DNA of 64,000 nucleotides from Oligoflexia bacterium (GTDB lineage Bacteria; Bdellovibrionota; UBA1018): NCBI GenBank assembly GCA_963758495.1, contig CAVWVI010000003.1, positions 768,001 to 832,000 of the forward strand, read 5' to 3'. Shown piece by piece: positions 58,348 to 64,000 of this stretch (position 1 is its first letter; each line of letters starts with the position of its first letter). The notes under the pieces were generated by a model. It saw only the letters and a program-made list of their open reading frames with translations, ran no database searches and was not told where the DNA came from. The position numbers and the translations under genes were made by a program.

Positions 58348-60327
58348 TCATAGAGAGAATCGACTTTTCTGAATAAAACAATCCATGAATTTACCTTGCA
58401 GCTTATGAATCGATTCATCTGTTACTATATTTGTTCCTGATCTTCGCAAAGGCAAAGTAAAATAAAACTCTGCACCATGTCCAGGCTCACTCACAACCCA
58501 AATACGCCCTCCATGCGCTACAATAATTTCCTTGGCAATCGCAAGCCCGGCTCCCACACTTCCTGATCTAGCAACTCGTAAATCATAATAAGGGTTAAAC
58601 TTTTCAAAAATTTTATCCTGTCTATACTTATCAATCCCCGCGCCTGTGTCGGTAATTTTAACTTCTATCCACTCTTCACGACTTTCAACACGCACATCAA
58701 TTTTCCCTCCTCTGGGTGTGTGTCTTAATGCATTAATGATCAAATTAGACAATGCCCAAGTAATCTTACTCGCATCCATAGGAACAATGACGGGTTTTCC
58801 ATGACTAACAACTTGATAAAGAAGCTCAATCCCTCGTTCATTCGCTTGAGCTTTAAATGATTGAACTGAATGCACAATCAGTTTAGCCAAATCAACTTTT
58901 TGAATTTCTAGCTGTTGAGTTAAAGTTTCAAAACGAGTTACAGTCAGTAAATCTTCTAACAATCCCCTTAGACGATCGACATCATCGGCACAAGTCAGAA
59001 TTAAATTTCTATGAGTAGGATTTTGAAATTGATCTACCGATCTCTTTAAAAGCCGTGTTGCCAGTGTCAAACTTGTAACAGGAGTTTTCACTTCGTGGGA
59101 TAAAGTTGCAAGGAAATGACCTTTAGCCTCCTGACTCTCTCGTACTAATGTTACATCTTGAGCTAAAACCAAAGTATTGGCTTGAAACTCTTCCCATAGT
59201 CGCGTCATTACAGATCCTACGGAACTCTCCACTTCCTCAATGACCTCGTTAGACAAGGGCATGGATTGAATTAAATAATAAAATTTTCTTTCATCTACTT
59301 CCAATGTGAATTCAACGGGCAAAGTACAGGAAACTGCTTTCATCACAGCTCTCAACCCAGCTGAATTTATTTTCAGCGTTTGGTCAGAAAGCTTGCTTCC
59401 TTTTAATGACATCACTGAACTTAATCCTAAAATTTTCTCAGCAATGGGATTTACGTACAATACCTCTTCTCCTCGTAATAAAAATATTCCATCTGAAATT
59501 GATGCTGCAATGATGTCAGCTCTTCTCTTCTCAAACAGCAATCTTTTTACATTTAACGCTCGATATCCTTTCAACCGCTGAAAAAGCCGCTCAAAGCTCA
59601 ATACCACCAACAAAACTTCAGGTATTGTCGTGCCAAAATTTGGCAATGCGACAGGTGAATCATCCTCTACATTAACATCATCAAGAACCTTGACTAACTT
59701 TGAGATAGGATTGACTATAATTGAGATCGCCTTAAAGCTCACCACAAGCACCAGTAGCATAAATCCAAAAAACAAATAGATAGCCAATTGCATCGATTTA
59801 GACTGTTGTTTCTGTAAATCTTCGGCTAATGAATAAATAAAATTTTCATTCATTTCAATAAATGCATTGATCGTCGCAGCAACTTTATCGTACTGAGCTC
59901 GTACATCTTCATTTACTTTTTTTGATTTTGAAGTTGATACTATTTTTACGTACGCATTAAAGTACTTTTCCGCATTTATTAATATTTTTTGAGATTCTAG
60001 TGAAAAAGAATGAGACTCTAAGTGCTTTATTAAATACCTAAATCGTGCCAACCCCTGACTTGAAGATTCTCCAATCCTCACACTTTGATCAATTTCAGAG
60101 AGAGCTTCTCGCATCTGAATTGCAACTGACAGGTCGTGATGAGCTTGTATGACCAAAGCCGACCCAGAAACAGAAATATGCTGTTGACGCAGCCCAAGCA
60201 TCATCGAAAACAATATTGCCACTATCATCAGAGTACTGAAGGCAAGAGTCAGCCTGCACTTCAAAGATAAGTGAGAAGCGAATGCATAAATCTGCTCATT
60301 GACCTTCTGAAAAACTTTAAATGCCAT
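58348..60327 (-). CDS. Membrane sensor histidine kinase (KinB-like; HAMP/PAS)
   Basis: Two TMs, SHEVKTPVT H-box, NALRHT, DTGAG, GAGLAI. Confidence 0.92.
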   Translation of the reverse strand: MAFKVFQKVNEQIYAFASHLSLKCRLTLAFSTLMIVAILFSMMLGLRQQHISVSGSALVIQAHHDLSVAIQMREALSEIDQSVRIGESSSQGLARFRYLIKHLESHSFSLESQKILINAEKYFNAYVKIVSTSKSKKVNEDVRAQYDKVAATINAFIEMNENFIYSLAEDLQKQQSKSMQLAIYLFFGFMLLVLVVSFKAISIIVNPISKLVKVLDDVNVEDDSPVALPNFGTTIPEVLLVVLSFERLFQRLKGYRALNVKRLLFEKRRADIIAASISDGIFLLRGEEVLYVNPIAEKILGLSSVMSLKGSKLSDQTLKINSAGLRAVMKAVSCTLPVEFTLEVDERKFYYLIQSMPLSNEVIEEVESSVGSVMTRLWEEFQANTLVLAQDVTLVRESQEAKGHFLATLSHEVKTPVTSLTLATRLLKRSVDQFQNPTHRNLILTCADDVDRLRGLLEDLLTVTRFETLTQQLEIQKVDLAKLIVHSVQSFKAQANERGIELLYQVVSHGKPVIVPMDASKITWALSNLIINALRHTPRGGKIDVRVESREEWIEVKITDTGAGIDKYRQDKIFEKFNPYYDLRVARSGSVGAGLAIAKEIIVAHGGRIWVVSEPGHGAEFYFTLPLRRSGTNIVTDESIHKLQGKFMDCFIQKSRFSL

Positions 60328-60704
60328 TTGTTATTTCATCTCGCCAATAAACAGACTTCCAAAATATAAAATAAAACTCCTAATTGGCTTTAATACCCAC
60401 ATAGGCAACATCCTAACCATCCTCAATAAAAGTGGAATTCTTACCCCAAAGCAGGGGGTAAACGCAAATACTATACCACTGCTAAACCTTCAAAATTTAT
60501 CGATTTATCCATTAAAATGAACTTTTCAATTTAAAATCGAGTAAATTCACCTTAACATCGTGAAGAATTCAACATGCAGTTTGCACGATTTCCAATTTTT
60601 TGCCCTGGTTTTGATTTTGCGATTGATGACAAAACATTTGCAGTCTATTTTTTCCGGTCAACACATCGATACAAAAAATAAGCAACACTTATACCATTTA
60701 AATT

Positions 60705-61085
60705 TTAGCGTGCTGACATTCCTGAGGTTCTAATTCTAGCATTTTGCTTTTCTTCGAATGCTTGACAATTTGCACAGAGTCGTGCCTCAGGAAGCACTAT
60801 TAATCTCTTTGAAGGAATTTCCTCCCCACATTCTTCACAAATTCCAAAATTACCTGTTGCCATTTTAGCAAGGGCCCTCTCAATTGCTAAAAGCTCCCGG
60901 CGCTCAGCTTCTTGTAGTGAGGTATCTCGTCCAATTTGTTCAAGGGTTTGTGCAATATCAATGATCTCAGCGTGTGCAACATATAGATCATTATGTGCTT
61001 CGGCAGCTTTCTCTGAAGCACTTCCCATTTTTTGCCAACGCGCTAGCAGGGCATTTCGAATTTGTTGCATTATCTTTCCATCCAT
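60705..61085 (-). CDS. DksA/TraR C4 zinc-finger protein
   Basis: FGICEECGEEI..RL..LP.ARLCANCQ; GGAGGA RBS. Confidence 0.9.
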   Translation of the reverse strand: MDGKIMQQIRNALLARWQKMGSASEKAAEAHNDLYVAHAEIIDIAQTLEQIGRDTSLQEAERRELLAIERALAKMATGNFGICEECGEEIPSKRLIVLPEARLCANCQAFEEKQNARIRTSGMSAR

Positions 61086-61168
61086 AGAATATCCTCCTAA
61101 GAAATGTGAATACTTTGCGAATTTCATTCCATGGATAACATTGCTTAGCGCGGCAGTTAACTCATGTT

Positions 61169-62095
61169 CTATAATTTACATTGAGAAACATAAGTCTGCA
61201 AATAGCGGCTCGTCAAAGGCCTTTTCATCCTTCGAGAAAGTTCTAAACTGACTCTACATAGTTGTTCCAAATTAATTCCAGTTTTCATCCCCATTCCATT
61301 CAACATATAAACTAAATCTTCGGTTGCTAAATTTCCAGAGGCTCCTGGTGCAAATGGACATCCACCCAGCCCTCCTGCTGAACTATCGATAATTCGAGTA
61401 CCCAGATCAATTGCACGAAGGGCATTGGCGAGAGCAGTTCCGCGAGTATCGTGTAAATGAATAGCAGTCATTTTTGAACCGAACATTTTTAAAGCTGGCT
61501 TTAATACTCTTTCAATATCTTTCGGAGTAGCCACTCCAATCGTGTCTCCAATTGAAATTTGATCCAGCCCTAAACTCGCCAACTTCTCAATGGTGAGCAA
61601 TGCCTTCCCTGCAGGCACCTTTCCTTCAAAAGGACACCCAAATGCTGTTGAAATATATCCCCGCACTTTTAATCGTTTACCTAAAACAGCTCTAGCTTGT
61701 TCGATCACTTGACGAAATTCCATCATTGATTCGCGAATCGTCATTCCTATATTTCTTTTTGTAAAACTCTCTGTGGCCGCTGTAAAAACAGCAATATTCG
61801 TAACTCCAGCATTCAAAGCCCTCTGCAGCCCTCTTTGATTAGGAACTAAACACCAAGCAGAGGTAGATTTAAAATGCACTTTACTCTTTTGAATTAAGGA
61901 AAAAAGTTGATCAGTATCGGACATTTGAGGCACAAGGTCAGTGCGTACAAAAGATCCTAATTCAAAGTCTCGAACACCTACGGCAACAAGAGAACTCACA
62001 AACCAAAATTTATCTTTGAGAGATAGAGATTTGGGCTCATTTTGCAAACCATCCCTAGGACCTACCTCAAAAACGCGAATCGACTCAGTCGCCAT
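61169..62095 (-). CDS. hmgL: Hydroxymethylglutaryl-CoA lyase
   Basis: EVGPRDGLQNE, GDTIG, HLHDT, GLGGCPFAPGASGN. Confidence 0.95.
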   Translation of the reverse strand: MATESIRVFEVGPRDGLQNEPKSLSLKDKFWFVSSLVAVGVRDFELGSFVRTDLVPQMSDTDQLFSLIQKSKVHFKSTSAWCLVPNQRGLQRALNAGVTNIAVFTAATESFTKRNIGMTIRESMMEFRQVIEQARAVLGKRLKVRGYISTAFGCPFEGKVPAGKALLTIEKLASLGLDQISIGDTIGVATPKDIERVLKPALKMFGSKMTAIHLHDTRGTALANALRAIDLGTRIIDSSAGGLGGCPFAPGASGNLATEDLVYMLNGMGMKTGINLEQLCRVSLELSRRMKRPLTSRYLQTYVSQCKL

Positions 62096-62549
62096 TTGCA
62101 ACAGCCTCCAAATCTAAAAACTCATCTCCAGAAGAAAGCTGCTGACCCTCTTGAACTAAAATACGAGTCACCCGCCCAGAAAAAGGGGCTCGAATTGTAA
62201 ATTCCATCTTCATCGCCTCGATCAATAAAAGAGAATCTCCCTTCAAAACATGATTTCCACTTTCAATGAGAATTTTTCGAACTTTACCTGGAAATTGAGC
62301 GACCAAATCTCCACTGTTATCCTGCTCACCTAATTCTCGATCAATACTCAGCCACTCTCCTGTCCAAAGAACACCTTGCAAACTCGCACTCCAGCGACTT
62401 CTGGACTCTTGAAACATCAATCTTCGTCGAACTCCACTCTCTGACACTGCAATAATCCACCCTCCTGGACGTCGAGTTAACATCCATTTCGGTTTCGACT
62501 CAGAAGATAACTTTATTTTCTTCCCGGAAATCTTAATAAATTCACTCAT
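62085..62549 (-). CDS. Biotin carboxyl carrier protein
   Basis: EAMKME biotinylation motif. Confidence 0.9.
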   Translation of the reverse strand: MSEFIKISGKKIKLSSESKPKWMLTRRPGGWIIAVSESGVRRRLMFQESRSRWSASLQGVLWTGEWLSIDRELGEQDNSGDLVAQFPGKVRKILIESGNHVLKGDSLLLIEAMKMEFTIRAPFSGRVTRILVQEGQQLSSGDEFLDLEAVANGD

Positions 62550-64000
62550 GCCTGACTCCGATCAGAATAAAAAGCGCTCCAAGGAGAAAGAATGGGAGGA
62601 TCTAATGAGTTCAATGGATTTTTCAAACCACCTCCTCCAGAAGTCCGTGCCATCTTCAATAATTCTAAGGATTCGTCATCCGGTAAGGGTGCAAAAGACT
62701 TGAATTCGGTATCTAGAAAGCCTGTATTGACCCATCCGCCTTTAACTTTCGGATGCTGAGTCAAAGAGTGGAGAAAACTTTGATTGCTCCCAATTCCTAG
62801 AATCACGGTTTCTTCCAAAGCAAATCGGAGTTTTTGAATCGCCTGATCCCGATCCTGTCCAAAAACAATTAATTTGCCAAGCATTGAATCAAATTGAATT
62901 CCAACACTTTGGCCTTCTTCTATACCACTTTCAACACGAATGCCTGCACCTGTGGGCCAAAGGAGTCGCTCAATTCGACCAGGAGTCGGAATAAATCCTT
63001 GAGCAGGATCTTCTGCGTAGAGTCGAACTTCAATTGCACACCCCCGTACGTACGGGGTGGTTTTCAAAATCATTTCAAATGGAAAATTCGCTTGCTCAAT
63101 CTGTGCTCTCACTAAATCTACGCCAGTTACAAGTTCGGTTACAGGGTGCTCAACTTGAAGTCGAGTATTCATTTCTAAAAAATAAAAATCGCCACTTTCA
63201 TCTACAAGAAACTCTATTGTTCCTGCATTTCGATATTGAGTGGCTTGTACTAATTTCAAAGCGGCGCTAAAAAGGCCCTCACGTGTTTTATCGGATAGAT
63301 TTACGGCCGTGGCCTCTTCCCAGACTTTTTGATGTCTCCTCTGCAGAGAGCATTCTCTCTCATGTAAATGAATGCCATTTCCGTTTCCATCTCCGAATAC
63401 TTGGACTTCGATATGCCTAGGACGAACAATGAGTCGCTCTAAAAAGAGAGTTCCATCTCCAAACGCCGCCAAAGCCTCTGCGCTGGCACTTTCAGCAGAA
63501 TCCAAAAGATCCTCAACCCGATTTACTTGGCGCATCCCTTTTCCACCACCACCGGAAGAAGCTTTCAGTAAAAGTGGATATCCTACTTTTTGTGCTGCCG
63601 AAATGATATCCCCTCCTCGATCTACCTTGGCCCAAGGAAGAGTAGGAACTCCTTCGCGTGAAGCTAATTCCTTAGCTGCAATTTTACCTCCCATAAGGGC
63701 CATCGTTTCGGGACGGGGACCAATAAAAATAAGTCCTGCATCTTCTACCGCCTGAGCAAACAAAGGTCGCTCAGAAAGAAAACCATAGCCGGGATGGATC
63801 ATTGCGGCACCCGAACGTTGTGCTGCTCCAATAATTGAGGGAATATCTAAATAATTGGAAACCTCTTGAACCTCATCAGCATAGGTTAAATGACGTGCAT
63901 CTTCATCGCCAGGAGCGACAATTCCCACACTCGCCCAACCCATCTCTCGACAAGCTTGAAAGATTCTGCAAGCAATTTCGGATCGATTGGAGACCAAAAT
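62546..64000 (-). CDS. Biotin carboxylase subunit (methylcrotonyl-CoA carboxylase-like); 5' end beyond the window
   Basis: NRSEIA, HPGYGFLSE, GGGGKGMR, RECSLQRRHQK, EMNTRLQVEHPVTE; next to hmgL. Confidence 0.93.
   Translation of the reverse strand: MLVSNRSEIACRIFQACREMGWASVGIVAPGDEDARHLTYADEVQEVSNYLDIPSIIGAAQRSGAAMIHPGYGFLSERPLFAQAVEDAGLIFIGPRPETMALMGGKIAAKELASREGVPTLPWAKVDRGGDIISAAQKVGYPLLLKASSGGGGKGMRQVNRVEDLLDSAESASAEALAAFGDGTLFLERLIVRPRHIEVQVFGDGNGNGIHLHERECSLQRRHQKVWEEATAVNLSDKTREGLFSAALKLVQATQYRNAGTIEFLVDESGDFYFLEMNTRLQVEHPVTELVTGVDLVRAQIEQANFPFEMILKTTPYVRGCAIEVRLYAEDPAQGFIPTPGRIERLLWPTGAGIRVESGIEEGQSVGIQFDSMLGKLIVFGQDRDQAIQKLRFALEETVILGIGSNQSFLHSLTQHPKVKGGWVNTGFLDTEFKSFAPLPDDESLELLKMARTSGGGGLKNPLNSLDPPILSPWSAFYSDRSQA

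Overview
A 64-kb, AT-leaning bacterial chromosomal segment. Gene content and sequence style (spd/mtEFG1-type EF-G, sigma54 regulators, many orphan lipoproteins, an RRM protein) suggest a delta-proteobacterial-type lineage such as Bdellovibrionota; this is inference only. The backbone is housekeeping: secG, a frameshifted fusA, orn, dCMP deaminase, pepN, xth, lysC, fabI, add, a CPA2 antiporter, kamA-like radical SAM, exbBD, arsR-feoAB, thrS, coaBC, emrAB, tRNA-Ser(GGA), a CheB/CheR hybrid kinase, a marR-tolC-RND-RND-barrel operon, DUF2844/DUF3443, purEK, radC, DTW, plsC, a KinB/AlgB-like two-component pair, dksA and leucine-catabolism genes. Most striking: two solo genes for signal-peptide proteins carry eukaryote-type, ubiquitin-system zinc fingers (AN1 at 13744-14727; C3HC4 RING fused to a DUF1566-like domain at 19921-20799). 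Each has, just past its stop codon, a long hairpin; the two hairpins have unrelated stems but share a loop motif and an upstream CCTTTAGGGRTG box. That box belongs to a dispersed 19-bp repeat (CCCTAAAGGAACTACTTAC; 3 exact copies plus 1 variant). Also found: a self-contained sRNA candidate, a Zn/Co-type ArsR heading feoAB, and a twin-RND operon with no adaptor gene. No transposase, integrase, reverse transcriptase or CRISPR array was recognised.
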